Of a DNA stretch of 38,605 nt, positions 1 through 9,134 are shown in pieces. The notes beneath the pieces are model-generated. The model was not told the DNA's origin. It saw only the letters and a program-made list of their open reading frames with translations, and searched no databases. How positions within the stretch are numbered: position 1 is the stretch's first letter; each line of letters begins with the position of its first letter. This DNA is from Gemmatimonadales bacterium. Its GTDB lineage: Bacteria > Gemmatimonadota > Gemmatimonadetes > Gemmatimonadales > GWC2-71-9. The stretch lies in assembly GCA_035635835.1 (NCBI GenBank), contig DASQAH010000011.1, positions 1-38,605 of the forward strand, given 5' to 3'. The position numbers were made by a program, and so were the translations under genes.

Positions 1-23
1 CAGGCTCTCCGCCCGCCCGCGGC

Positions 24-647
24 TCAGGGCGGAGGCCCGCGCACCCGCCACTCCCCTACATAGATGAAGTCACCCAGCGGCGAATCATCGTAGTTCGCGG
101 CGTTGGCAGCCACGTGGATCAGCACGTCCCCCCTCCCCCCCCCCTCAACCCCCCGGTCCTTCGCTCCCTCCGCGGCGCTCGCGGGGGACCGCCACCGCAG
201 CGCCCAGCGTGTCTCGGGACCCGAGACGCTGCAGCCCTCCCGCGTCTGCTCCGCGTATTGCACGGCCTTCGGGGGAGGGCCCGGCACAACGCTCGCCCGG
301 GCGTCACTCGTTTCCAGCGCGCCCGCCTGGGAGCCCGCCTCCGGCCCATCGGCGACGCGCGTGGAGAGCTCGAAGCCCGCGCGCCCCATACCCGACCGCC
401 GCAGAACGACCGTGAACACATAGGTCCGGCCCGGCTCGTAGCGTTGCGGCAGCCCTTCGATCCGCAGGCTCCCGCCTGGGTCGTTCAGCGGCTCGTCCTT
501 GTGGCATGCCCGGCAGGTCGGCTCCCCGAAGCCACCGGTGTGGGCGACGGGCGGCCCGTCGTAGTTTGCCGTCCGTGCGGCTACGACCATCGTCGCCGCC
601 GCTGCGAGGAGCCCGGCGCTAAGGAACCGGCGGCGCCACACGGACAC
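24..647 (-). CDS. Exported protein with a single CxxCH (heme-c attachment type) motif; family not recognised
   Basis: 207-aa ORF. The N-terminus MSVWRRRFLSAGLLAAAAT resembles a Tat/Sec signal (RRxFLS). It contains the motif PTCRACHKD (CxxCH). Codon third positions are strongly G/C. The start at 645-647 is GTG and overlaps the stop of the upstream propeller gene by 29 nt. Confidence 0.6.
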   Translation of the reverse strand: MSVWRRRFLSAGLLAAAATMVVAARTANYDGPPVAHTGGFGEPTCRACHKDEPLNDPGGSLRIEGLPQRYEPGRTYVFTVVLRRSGMGRAGFELSTRVADGPEAGSQAGALETSDARASVVPGPPPKAVQYAEQTREGCSVSGPETRWALRWRSPASAAEGAKDRGVEGGGRGDVLIHVAANAANYDDSPLGDFIYVGEWRVRGPPP

Positions 648-1620
648 GTCCCAGGGTGTTCGCGTCGCTACCGAACCAGATCATCTGCGTTCGCCGGTCA
701 TAGAACATGTTGCGCACCGCCCCAGCGCCACTGGGCACGGGTGCCGTACCGATGAACTGCAGCGTGTGAGTGTCGAAGCCGACGAACTGGTTGGGCTGGA
801 CGCCCGTTTCCACGACCCACACGCGGTCACGGTCGTCCGCCATCATCGCATAGGGCCGGGCCCCGGTGCCCGCGGGCAGCGGCCACTCCCGCACTTGGTG
901 GGTGGTCGGGTCGAAGCGACCGAGGTAGCCGCCGGCGTAATCACCGTACCACAGCATGCCGTCGGACGTGAGCGCGATCCGGCGTGGCCGCGTCGCGGCC
1001 CGGGGCAGCTCGTACTCCGTGAGCTGGAAGGAGCGGGGTTCCACCGTTCCAAGCTTGTTGGTCCCGAACAAGTCGAACCACGGCCGGTCGGTGCGGTCGA
1101 TGACGATGCCGTAGGGGCGGGCGTTGGCTGTCGGCACGCGCACCAGGCGGATCTCGCCGCTCGCGACCGTGAGCTTGCCCACGACGTTGCCGGCCTGCGC
1201 AGTGAACCAGATGTCACCATGGCTGTCGAAGGCGAGCGTGTGGGGGTCTCGGATCGTGCTGTCGGGCATCGGGTAGCGCGTGACGTGGCCGTCGCGCGGG
1301 TCCAACCGCCCGATGTAGCCCACGAGGTTTCCGGAGAACCAGACGACGCCCTGCGGATCCACGATCAAGTTGTGTGGTCCGGTGCCGGGGTCGAGATCGT
1401 AGCGCCGGAACTGGTGGCTAGCGGTGTCGAATACTGCGACATAGTGGCCTTCCTGGCCGACCAGCCAGACCCGGCCGTCGCTCGCGACGTACGGGTCCCG
1501 CGGCCGGGTGTGCGGCCACGGCACTGGCCATTCGTTGATCGTGGGCTGCTGGGCGGGAAGCGAAGGGGGAGGAGCGAGCGCCAGCGTGGCTCCGGTCAGG
1601 AGGGCAAGACGGGCGATCAT
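619..1620 (-). CDS. Vgb (streptogramin-lyase) family beta-propeller protein, secreted
   Basis: 333-aa ORF with signal peptide MIARLALLTGATLALAPPPSLPAQ. It has seven repeated blades with D/G-x-V/I-W-F/L signatures (DGRVWLV, QGVVWFS, HGDIWFT, DRPWFD, DGMLWYG, RDRVWVV, QMIWFG). This is characteristic of the COG4257/Vgb propeller family. Confidence 0.75.
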   Translation of the reverse strand: MIARLALLTGATLALAPPPSLPAQQPTINEWPVPWPHTRPRDPYVASDGRVWLVGQEGHYVAVFDTASHQFRRYDLDPGTGPHNLIVDPQGVVWFSGNLVGYIGRLDPRDGHVTRYPMPDSTIRDPHTLAFDSHGDIWFTAQAGNVVGKLTVASGEIRLVRVPTANARPYGIVIDRTDRPWFDLFGTNKLGTVEPRSFQLTEYELPRAATRPRRIALTSDGMLWYGDYAGGYLGRFDPTTHQVREWPLPAGTGARPYAMMADDRDRVWVVETGVQPNQFVGFDTHTLQFIGTAPVPSGAGAVRNMFYDRRTQMIWFGSDANTLGRVRVAPPVP

Positions 1621-1690
1621 GGGATCTCCGCTGATGAGAGTCGTCTCTGCAACATACGCCTGCCGAACGCGGGCCGCTGACCTCCGGTGG

Positions 1691-2326
1691 CTACATCCCC
1701 ACCGACACCCCCAAGCGAGCGAGCGATTGCTGGATCGGCACGTCGCCCCCCCCCGTCGTTTTGCGGTTGACCCGTTGGAAGGCGTAGTCGCCCGTGACGC
1801 GGAAGCGGCCGTCGCTGCGCCCGGCGGAGATGCCGAGTCCTAGCTCGATGCCGAACCCTGCGCTGCCGCCGCCGGAGAACTTGGAGCCCGCCAGGTAGTT
1901 GCCGCGTAGCGCCAGACTCGCTCCCGGCCCGATGTTGTAGAGCCCCCGCGCGCCGATGCGGATCGCCCCCATCGACTGTGCCGAGAACTCGGGGTCCGTC
2001 GTGCGTTTGGTATACCCGGTTTCGAGGCTCACCTGGTTCGCGACGTACCAGCGCAGGTGCACGTCGACCTGGGTCGACTTGAAGGACGAGTCTGCTCTCC
2101 CGCCGTGGGGATCGTAGGTAAGCCGAGTGACCTCCACGTCCGCGCCGAGCTTGTGCCACGACACCGTAGCGCCGCCGGCGATGCCGGTTCCGCGGTACAC
2201 CAGGTTCGAATCGACCTCGCGGTAGTCACCGAAGGCGCTTTGGACGCTCAAGCTCACACGCTGCGCCGCGAGGCTGGCGGCTGCGTTGACGACGAGCGCG
2301 AGGCTCACAACGACCGGGCGGTTCAT
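1691..2326 (-). CDS. Outer-membrane beta-barrel (porin-family) protein
   Basis: 211 aa with signal peptide ending AASLAAQ and alternating hydrophobic/polar beta-strand pattern with Gly/aromatic girdle residues. Its ATG (2324-2326) overlaps the TGA of the upstream gene (ATGA). Confidence 0.7.
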   Translation of the reverse strand: MNRPVVVSLALVVNAAASLAAQRVSLSVQSAFGDYREVDSNLVYRGTGIAGGATVSWHKLGADVEVTRLTYDPHGGRADSSFKSTQVDVHLRWYVANQVSLETGYTKRTTDPEFSAQSMGAIRIGARGLYNIGPGASLALRGNYLAGSKFSGGGSAGFGIELGLGISAGRSDGRFRVTGDYAFQRVNRKTTGGGDVPIQQSLARLGVSVGM

Positions 2327-3360
2327 GGGGTCCTCTTGGGCAGCGGCGTCACCTTGAGCGCAACTTGGCGTCGCAGGGTCTGGTTCTGCTGCGCGATGTC
2401 CGCGTTGCGGCGCACTAGTTGCTCGCCGAGCAGCCGGTTATAGAGGATGTTCCCCCGCGCGGGCTGGGGAGCGGGTTTTTTGAGCGACATGATGAAGCCG
2501 GTGAGAATCGCCCCGACGCTCACCACGGCCAGCTCGCGCCGCGGAGCTGTGCCCAGGCTAGAGCTCTCAAGCGCGAAAGTGCCGGCACCGACGATCCCTG
2601 TATAGAGGAAGGCTCGCCCCAGCGGCGTCCAGTTGCGTGGCGGCGTTTCCTCCTCCGGCAGCGGCGAGTAGCCGGGCAGGGCCGTCAGGTGTGGCAGAGT
2701 ATCCACGGCACCGTGCGTGACCCTCACCGCCTGCTCGGCACTGAAGGAGTTCTGTCCCGCGGTCGCCTCCACCACGATCAGGTAGGTGCCGTCGGGTACC
2801 GGATCACCGTTGGGAAGCTGGGCCTGCCACCGCAGGTTGACCTGTCCGGTCGCGACGCTCGAGTCGATCGGCACGGACGTCGGGCCGCTCACCGCCCGCG
2901 TGCGCACGCGCGCCGGGCTTGTCACGGTGAAGCGAATCGGCACGAAACCGCGACCGCCGACGAACGAGGCACTATCTATTTGGAGCTGCCGCACGACGAG
3001 CACCTGCGACAGTGCCAGCAGGAACGAGCTCGTGATCTTGGGTGAGATCTTGGCGGGGTCGAGCTGTCGGTCAGGGTCGATGAGGATTGCCTGCTTGAAG
3101 GCGTCCACCGCCTTCAGCAGCGAGTCGGACGCACTGTAGGCGAACCCCAGGACCTCGTAGGCACGCGCCTGCTCCGGTCCGCTCAGCCGTTCCGTGAGCG
3201 CACGCTTCGCGAGGGTGATCGCCTGGCCGATGTCGAGGTTGTCATAGGCGGCCAGCGCGCGGCGCAGCGTCGCGTTCTGGACGTTCTGCGCCGGCAGCGC
3301 CGCGGGCCAAGCAAGGACCAGCACGAGCAACCAGGTGAAGGGCCGCATGGGAGGCCTCAT
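2323..3360 (-). CDS. Membrane-anchored protein with TPR-like N-terminal region and FlgD-Ig-like central domain
   Basis: 345 aa with signal peptide ...AWPAALPAQN and a TPR-like helical segment (ALAAYDNLDIGQAITLAKRAL...AYEVLGFAY...AFKQAILIDPD). The segment NLRWQAQLPNGDPVPDGTYLIVVEATAG resembles FlgD Ig-like domains. There are C-terminal hydrophobic helices. ATGA overlap with the kinase stop at 3357-3360. Confidence 0.65.
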   Translation of the reverse strand: MRPPMRPFTWLLVLVLAWPAALPAQNVQNATLRRALAAYDNLDIGQAITLAKRALTERLSGPEQARAYEVLGFAYSASDSLLKAVDAFKQAILIDPDRQLDPAKISPKITSSFLLALSQVLVVRQLQIDSASFVGGRGFVPIRFTVTSPARVRTRAVSGPTSVPIDSSVATGQVNLRWQAQLPNGDPVPDGTYLIVVEATAGQNSFSAEQAVRVTHGAVDTLPHLTALPGYSPLPEEETPPRNWTPLGRAFLYTGIVGAGTFALESSSLGTAPRRELAVVSVGAILTGFIMSLKKPAPQPARGNILYNRLLGEQLVRRNADIAQQNQTLRRQVALKVTPLPKRTP

Positions 3361-5012
3361 CCTTCCGGGATCAAGGGGTACACCTTGCGCACGGTGGCAT
3401 TGGGGTCGACCTGCACGGTCTCGCTCACCGTCTTATAGCCCACCCGCTCCACCCGGACCGTGTGCCGGCCTGGCTTCACCTTGTAGTTGATCAGCGGAGT
3501 CTCGCCGACATCGACGTTATCGATGTAGACCTCTCCGAATGTCCCCGTCACGTTGACGGTGATGAAACCGCTGGCTTCCTCCACTGCCACCGGTGGGGGC
3601 GCGGCCGACGTCTGACGCGCGGGCTTGCCCGTGGCTGGCGCACGCTGCGGCGCAGATGTCGCCGGAGGGGGGGGGGAGGACGTCTTGGTCGATTCCGCCG
3701 TCGGCCCGGGCGGCGTCGCCTGCTGGGTCGCCGGCGGGGACTGTCGGGCGACCTGCTGCGGAGGGGGTGAGGTGGGGAGAGGCTCGGGTTTGCCCCGGAA
3801 GACCACGTAGCCGCCGATCCCGACTGCGGCCAGCCCGGTGACGGCCACGAGTAGCCCGGCTTTCGATTTCTTCGGCCTGGTCGTGGGGGCGGCAGAGGTC
3901 CCTGGCCGCCCGGCGGGCCGCGCCACCGGCATCGGCGTGGTCGGCGCCGCGGAAGACACGGCCTCGGTCGGCGACTCGGAGGTGACTCCGGCCTTACGAC
4001 GCGCCCGCGTCGCGGGGGCGCCGCCTTTTCCGCTGCGCGGTGCGGCGACCGGTTGCTCGGGCCACACGGCAGTGGCGAAGTCCTCCATCGTCGCGAACCG
4101 TTGGTCGGGTTCCTTCGCGAGCGCCCGGGCGATGGCGTCCGACAGGAATAGGGGGATCCCGGCCCGCGCCTGGCTGGTGCGCGGGGCCTCCTCGAAGATG
4201 TGCTTGTAGAGAATCGTGTGGACCGAGTCGCCGCTGAACGGCAGCATCCCGGTGATCATGCGGTAGCCGACGACGCCGAGGGCGTACTGGTCGGCCCGAC
4301 CGTCCACCTGCTGTCCTTTCGCCTGCTCGGGTGCCATGTAGTGTGGCGTCCCGATGATCATGCCCGTACCGGTGAGCCCCGTGGCCTGCTGCAGCGCCTT
4401 GGAGATCCCGAAGTCGGTGAGCATCACTTTGCCGTCGTGGTCGAACATGATGTTCGCCGGCTTGACGTCGCGGTGCACCACGCCGCGGTAGTGGGCGTGG
4501 CCGAGCGCGCAGGCCGCCTCCCACAGGATGCGCTGGATCTCCGGGACGGCCATCGGCTGTTTGGTCTCCAGCAGGTCCTCCAGCGATGTGCCGGAGATGT
4601 ACTTCATGACGAAATAGTTGAGCCCGCCGTCGCTCTCGACGCGGTAGATCGGGATGATGTTGGTGTGGTCGAGCTTGGCGGCGGTCTTCGCTTCCTGCTG
4701 GAATCGCTTGACGACGTGCTCGTCCTGGGAGATCTCGGGCGGCAGGACCTTGATCGCGACCTCGCGGTCGAGCGTCAAGTCCTGGGCCAGGAACACCGCG
4801 CCCATGCCGCCCTTGCCGAGCAGGCGCTCCAGCTTGTACTTGCCTTCCACGAGCCGTTGCAGCCGGGTCTCGAGGTCGTGCACCTGACCGCTCGTGGTGT
4901 TGGCACCGCCCCCGGTCTGATCCGCCCCGCACGCGTAACAGAACTTGCTGTTGTCGGGCAGCGGCGTGTGACAGCGCACGCATTCGAAGGTCGAGCTCGA
5001 CGGATGCGTCAC
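3357..5012 (-). CDS. Ser/Thr protein kinase with N-terminal zinc ribbon, one TM helix, Pro-rich linker and C-terminal PEGA domain
   Basis: Hanks kinase motifs are present: GKGGMGAVF, AIKVL, HRDVKPANIM, DFGISK, GTPHYMAPE. It has a zinc ribbon (CVRCHTPLPDNSKFCYACG), a TM helix (LLVAVTGLAAVGIGGYVVF) and a PEGA-like tail (GFITVNV...VYIDNVDVGETP...GRHTVRVERVGYKTVSETV). The track ORF runs to 5228. An in-frame GTG at 5010-5012 forms a GTGA overlap with the upstream stop, so 5012 is the preferred start. Confidence 0.9.
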   Translation of the reverse strand: MTHPSSSTFECVRCHTPLPDNSKFCYACGADQTGGGANTTSGQVHDLETRLQRLVEGKYKLERLLGKGGMGAVFLAQDLTLDREVAIKVLPPEISQDEHVVKRFQQEAKTAAKLDHTNIIPIYRVESDGGLNYFVMKYISGTSLEDLLETKQPMAVPEIQRILWEAACALGHAHYRGVVHRDVKPANIMFDHDGKVMLTDFGISKALQQATGLTGTGMIIGTPHYMAPEQAKGQQVDGRADQYALGVVGYRMITGMLPFSGDSVHTILYKHIFEEAPRTSQARAGIPLFLSDAIARALAKEPDQRFATMEDFATAVWPEQPVAAPRSGKGGAPATRARRKAGVTSESPTEAVSSAAPTTPMPVARPAGRPGTSAAPTTRPKKSKAGLLVAVTGLAAVGIGGYVVFRGKPEPLPTSPPPQQVARQSPPATQQATPPGPTAESTKTSSPPPPATSAPQRAPATGKPARQTSAAPPPVAVEEASGFITVNVTGTFGEVYIDNVDVGETPLINYKVKPGRHTVRVERVGYKTVSETVQVDPNATVRKVYPLIPEG

Positions 5013-6760
5013 GGGAACGTTTGACGTCGGGGATCGAAGAACCCGCCGGTTCCCGCCCGCGCCCGCGCCGCTCCCGGAGGGGCCGCCTGCAGGAACGGCA
5101 ACGTCGCGCCAGCGCGGCGACGACGGGCGCGCGAGACCGAGCTCGGAGCCGTGAGAGCGGCGGAGGCCACGGCAGGAATGGGCGTGCAGGATGGGGGCAG
5201 CAGGATGCTCCCCCCCCTCATCATGCACAAGGAATACCGCGTCGGCACGCCCGCGAAATCCACGACTGCCACGTAGTAGGAGGTGCCGGCGTTGAGGGTC
5301 AACGTGATGTTGCTCCTGGAACCGGCGGCGGTGTCTGCGCCAACCAGCGTCAGCTGGGTTGGGGTGGCGGAATTCGGCACCGTCAGCACGTAGATGTCGA
5401 TGTCCGACGTGTCGGGCTGGGATGGGAACGGTCGCCCGATGGTCTGGAAGTTCACGAGCGTCGACCCCGACCCGCCCGTGAGGTCGATGCGCAGCCAGTC
5501 GATGGCGTGCGGGTTATCGATCGTGAGCGTGTCCGAGAACGGACCCGGATTCGGAAGCGCGATCTTCCGGTTGCCGAAGTCGGCATAATGGCAGAACCGG
5601 TTCGGCTCGAACTTGTCGGGCTGGATGCGGGGGTCGGCCACGAGGTACCCCTTGAGGACGCCCAGTCCGTAGCGCTGGGGACTCGAGGGCGAGAAGAACG
5701 CGAGCATGTGCATGCTGTGGCTCGGCAGCCCGCGCAGCGCCACCACCGTGGACTCGCGCGGTGCCATGTGAGGGCTGAACGCCTGGCCTTTGCAGCGCAT
5801 CAAGTCGCTGCCGATGTAGTCGCCGGAGTCGCGGCCGAAGTACCCGCCGGGAACGGTCCCCTTGTACCCGAGCGAGTCCAAAATGAACGTCCGCACACCC
5901 GTCGTGTCGCCGGAGGTCGGGAAGTTGATGAAGAACGTGTAGTCCGAGGTGGTGTCGCTGATCGTGAAGTCGAACCAGTCGGCCCGCGAGACCCCGCGCG
6001 GCGTTTCTTCGAACGCGAGCGCGGGGTTCAAGAACAGGACGGACGGGAGCTGCGTGGGCCAGGGGCCGCCAAGGTCGAGGTTGATCTTGGCGGGAATCGT
6101 ATCGTTCGGGTCGTAGATATCCCGGGGGAGGATCTTCGTGACCGAATCGGCGAAGCCGAACACACCGGCGCCGAGGTAGAACAGACTGTCCGAGGTCGCG
6201 GGCGGGGGCACCCAGTAGGAGACGCGTCCCTCGCCAGTCACTTTGTTCCGCGTGGCGGAGAACGGGTACGGGATCAGGGTGACCCCCGCGAGACTCGTCA
6301 GGAAGAGGCTGTCCACGCCGATGCCGTAGACCTTCGCCAGCTCGCCATAGCGTACGATCCGCGGCCGCACACTGTCGATCTCGAGTGGGTTGGCGACTCT
6401 GATGGCGAGGTTGCCCTGGCGGGCCTTGTCGAAGTTGGCGGCGCGGGCGACGATGCCCGCGCTGCCGCTGTTCACCCCGGTGACGGTCGCCGAGCTACCG
6501 GTGTCCCGCTGCACGGTCGCGAAATTCGGATTCGCGGTCGACCAGGCGAACACGACATTGGGCACGACCAGCGTGTCCTTCCCCACAACCCGGACCGCCC
6601 GCGCCTGCACTTTCAGCCGCTCGCCGCGGAGCAGGAATGTCCGGGGCGCCGTCACAAGCACGAAGACGGACGGGCTCTGATCGGTGGGGAAGTTACAGGT
6701 CCACCCCGCCAGGAGAGCGGCGCAGACGGCGAGCCAGCGGGAGCGATACGCTGCAGGCAT
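5009..6760 (-). CDS. Secreted protein with Big_2-like Ig domain and PPC-like C-terminal domain
   Basis: The track ORF starts at TTG 6775. The ATG at 6758-6760 gives MPAAYRSRWLAVCAALLAGWTC (signal peptide, possible lipoprotein Cys). It has a Big_2-like stretch (VVFAWSTANPNFATVQRDTGSSATVTGVNSGSAGIVARA) and a PPC-like tail (DIDIYVL...LNAGTSYYVAVVDFAGVPTRYSL). Confidence 0.7.
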   Translation of the reverse strand: MPAAYRSRWLAVCAALLAGWTCNFPTDQSPSVFVLVTAPRTFLLRGERLKVQARAVRVVGKDTLVVPNVVFAWSTANPNFATVQRDTGSSATVTGVNSGSAGIVARAANFDKARQGNLAIRVANPLEIDSVRPRIVRYGELAKVYGIGVDSLFLTSLAGVTLIPYPFSATRNKVTGEGRVSYWVPPPATSDSLFYLGAGVFGFADSVTKILPRDIYDPNDTIPAKINLDLGGPWPTQLPSVLFLNPALAFEETPRGVSRADWFDFTISDTTSDYTFFINFPTSGDTTGVRTFILDSLGYKGTVPGGYFGRDSGDYIGSDLMRCKGQAFSPHMAPRESTVVALRGLPSHSMHMLAFFSPSSPQRYGLGVLKGYLVADPRIQPDKFEPNRFCHYADFGNRKIALPNPGPFSDTLTIDNPHAIDWLRIDLTGGSGSTLVNFQTIGRPFPSQPDTSDIDIYVLTVPNSATPTQLTLVGADTAAGSRSNITLTLNAGTSYYVAVVDFAGVPTRYSLCMMRGGSILLPPSCTPIPAVASAALTAPSSVSRARRRRAGATLPFLQAAPPGAARARAGTGGFFDPRRQTFP

Positions 6761-6849
6761 GCGAGAGTATCTCAAGAGGGGACGCAGCCAAATGTATAAC
6801 GCGCCCTACCCCGGTGCCAACCGCGCCTGCAGCAGGGTGTTGCGCGTAT

Positions 6850-8169
6850 CTACAACCGCCCCCGCCGTTTGAGTTCCAAGTACTGGGCTACGACCGCTTG
6901 GGCGGCCCGCGCCGGCGGCACGTCTACGACGATGACGCCCGAGCGACGCATGTGGGCCAGCGCTTCCTCGCGCGCATGCAGCAGCTCCTCGGCCGCCGCT
7001 TTCCGAAACGCACCGCGAGCCACGGGCGGCCGCAGCGCGGCGACGGCGTCGAGTTCTGGATTCCGCAGCGTCACGGCGAGCGGCAGGTGCCGCGGGCGCA
7101 GTGTGGCGACGTTGGCGACGATCGCCTCCGAGGCGAAGCGGTCGATGACATCGGTGAAGATCACGGTGAGGGCGCGCTTGCGGTTGCGAACCGCGAGGTA
7201 GCGGAACGCTCCCGGGTAGTCGGGCTCGACCAGCTTGGGGGAGACGCCGGCGAGGACGTCGAGCACCTGCTTGAGTCCGCGCCGCCCGCGCTGCGGCGCG
7301 ACGAAGTGCTGGACGCCGTCGGCGAACACCATGATCCCCACGTTGTCGTCGCGTTGCGCGGCCGCATACGCGAGCTCGAGCGCCGCCTGCACCGCGTAGT
7401 CCATGCGGGCCACACCGCCGGCGACCTCCGCTGTAAGCAGGCGGCCGGCATCCAGCACTAGCATCACCTGCTGGCGCCGCTCGGCTTCATACTGTCGCGT
7501 GATCACCTTGCGGCGCCGGGCCGTCGCTTTCCAGTCGATGTGGCGGAGGTCGTCGCCCGGCACCCATTCGCGCAGGCTCTCGAACATCCGCCCCTCGCCC
7601 AACCGGCGGACTGGCTGCCGGCCCAGCTCGCGACGCCGCTGCGCCTGCGCCACCGACGCGCGCAGCCGCATCGACACGAGCGGCGGGTAGACCGAGACGG
7701 CCCACGGCAGCGGGATGGAGGAGCGGCGGACGCCCAGTCCCAACGGCCCCACGCTGTCCAGGAAGAGGGCGCCGGCGGTTTCCTTCCCACGACGCACCGG
7801 CACGACCCTCAGGAGCTGCCGGGCCACGGCCCGTGCGGGGATCACGACTGCGCGCGCCGGCTGCAGGCCGCCGATCACGTCGGGCCGGACTTCGCGCACG
7901 CGCAGTCGGGCGGGCCGGCCGGCATCGTTGGTCCAACGGTAGGCAACCGCGCCGGTGTGGCCGAGCGAGTAAGCCGGTGGCGCTTCGCGCTCCACGCGAA
8001 CGCTGGCTCCCAGCCGGGGAGCGAGGCGGGCGTCGACCCAAATCGCGACGACTAGCGCCACGTCCGCCATTAGCATCGCGTCCAGCGCCCACCCCACCCA
8101 GAACCCCAGCAGTCCCAGCACGGCGAGCGCCGCCGCGGCCGCCAGGGCGCGCCGCGTGCACAGGATCAC
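6850..8169 (-). CDS. DUF58 domain protein (VWA-like partner of MoxR), N-terminal TM helices
   Basis: 439 aa with the classic DUF58 signature DDLRHIDWKATARRRKVITRQYEAERRQQVMLVLDAGRLL. Its GTG start (8167-8169) overlaps the MoxR TGA (GTGA). Confidence 0.85.
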   Translation of the reverse strand: MILCTRRALAAAAALAVLGLLGFWVGWALDAMLMADVALVVAIWVDARLAPRLGASVRVEREAPPAYSLGHTGAVAYRWTNDAGRPARLRVREVRPDVIGGLQPARAVVIPARAVARQLLRVVPVRRGKETAGALFLDSVGPLGLGVRRSSIPLPWAVSVYPPLVSMRLRASVAQAQRRRELGRQPVRRLGEGRMFESLREWVPGDDLRHIDWKATARRRKVITRQYEAERRQQVMLVLDAGRLLTAEVAGGVARMDYAVQAALELAYAAAQRDDNVGIMVFADGVQHFVAPQRGRRGLKQVLDVLAGVSPKLVEPDYPGAFRYLAVRNRKRALTVIFTDVIDRFASEAIVANVATLRPRHLPLAVTLRNPELDAVAALRPPVARGAFRKAAAEELLHAREEALAHMRRSGVIVVDVPPARAAQAVVAQYLELKRRGRL

Positions 8170-9134
8170 GCGGTGGGCACCTCGGTCTTGTCGAGGATCG
8201 CCTTGAGCGCCGCGTCGGCGGTAACGCCCTCGAGCTCGAGCTCGGGCGCGACGTTCACGCGGTGACGCAGCACCGACGGGGCGAGCCGCTTCACGTCGTC
8301 GGGGACGACGAAGTCGCGCTCGTCGATCAGCGCCGACGCGCGCGCCGCCTTGAGGAGCGAGACTCCCGCCCGCGGGCTCGCCCCCAGGGTGAGCGAGGCT
8401 GCCTCGCGGGTGGCGCGGACGATCGCCGTGATGTAGGCGGTGATCTGGGGCTCCACCCGCACCGCCTCCGCGGCGCGACGCAGCGCCTCGAGCCCGTCGC
8501 CGTTCGTCACCGCGGTCACACCGTAGGTCGCCGGGCGGTCGGCTTCGAAGCCCTCGACGTATCGGGTGAGAATCCCCTGCTCCACGGACGCGGGCGGGTA
8601 GCCGAACAGGGCTTTCAACATGAAGCGGTCGAGCTCGGCCTCGGGGAGCGGGTAAGTGCCCTCAAACTCCACCGGGTTTTGGGTCGCGAACACGGTGAAC
8701 ACGTCGGAAAGGGGGTGCGTCTGACCGTCCGCTGTGACGGTGCGCTCCTGCATCGCCTCGAGGAGCGCGGCCTGCGTCTTGGCAGGCGCGCGGTTGATTT
8801 CGTCGGCGAGCACGAGGTCGGCGAAGATCGGTCCGGGCCGGAACGTGAACTCCTGCGATGACCCGCCTGGCCCGGCGAGGATCGAGATCCCGGTGATGTC
8901 CGCAGGCATCAAGTCGGGAGTGAACTGAATCCGCTGGAACTTCACGTCGAGCGCCAGCGCCAGCGTGCGCACGAGCAATGTCTTGGCGGTCCCGGGGACG
9001 CCCTCGAGCAGCACGTGCCCGCGGGCGACCAGAGCGACGAGCACATCCCGGGTGGCGTCGTCCAGGCCGAGCACCACCCTGCGGAGCGCTTCTAGGATAC
9101 GGCGCGCGTCATGCGCGGGTGAAGTTCCTCCCAC
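8166..9134 (-). CDS. MoxR-family AAA+ ATPase
   Basis: Walker A-like GVPGTAKT, Walker B LLADEINRAPAKTQAALLEAMQE and the typical MoxR C-terminal lid. The track ORF extends to 9266 through an Arg/Pro-rich stretch. An in-frame GTG at 9132-9134 gives about 322 aa, the usual MoxR size. The exact start is uncertain. Confidence 0.88.
   Translation of the reverse strand: MGGTSPAHDARRILEALRRVVLGLDDATRDVLVALVARGHVLLEGVPGTAKTLLVRTLALALDVKFQRIQFTPDLMPADITGISILAGPGGSSQEFTFRPGPIFADLVLADEINRAPAKTQAALLEAMQERTVTADGQTHPLSDVFTVFATQNPVEFEGTYPLPEAELDRFMLKALFGYPPASVEQGILTRYVEGFEADRPATYGVTAVTNGDGLEALRRAAEAVRVEPQITAYITAIVRATREAASLTLGASPRAGVSLLKAARASALIDERDFVVPDDVKRLAPSVLRHRVNVAPELELEGVTADAALKAILDKTEVPTA

Noticed and set aside
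5021-6799. 592-aa + strand ORF, together with similar long ORFs at 766-1680 (+), 3994-4983 (-), 4200-5024 (+), 7833-8861 (+), 12203-13012 (-), 15227-16255 (-), 21530-22396 (-), 24454-25311 (-), 25816-26592 (-), 32135-33010 (-), 35092-35865 (+) and 35751-37133 (+)
   Set aside because: All are antisense or off-frame to genes with clear family signatures. Their translations are Arg/Pro/Gly/Ala-rich with no recognisable motifs. Stop-codon-poor shadow ORFs of this kind are expected in high-GC DNA.
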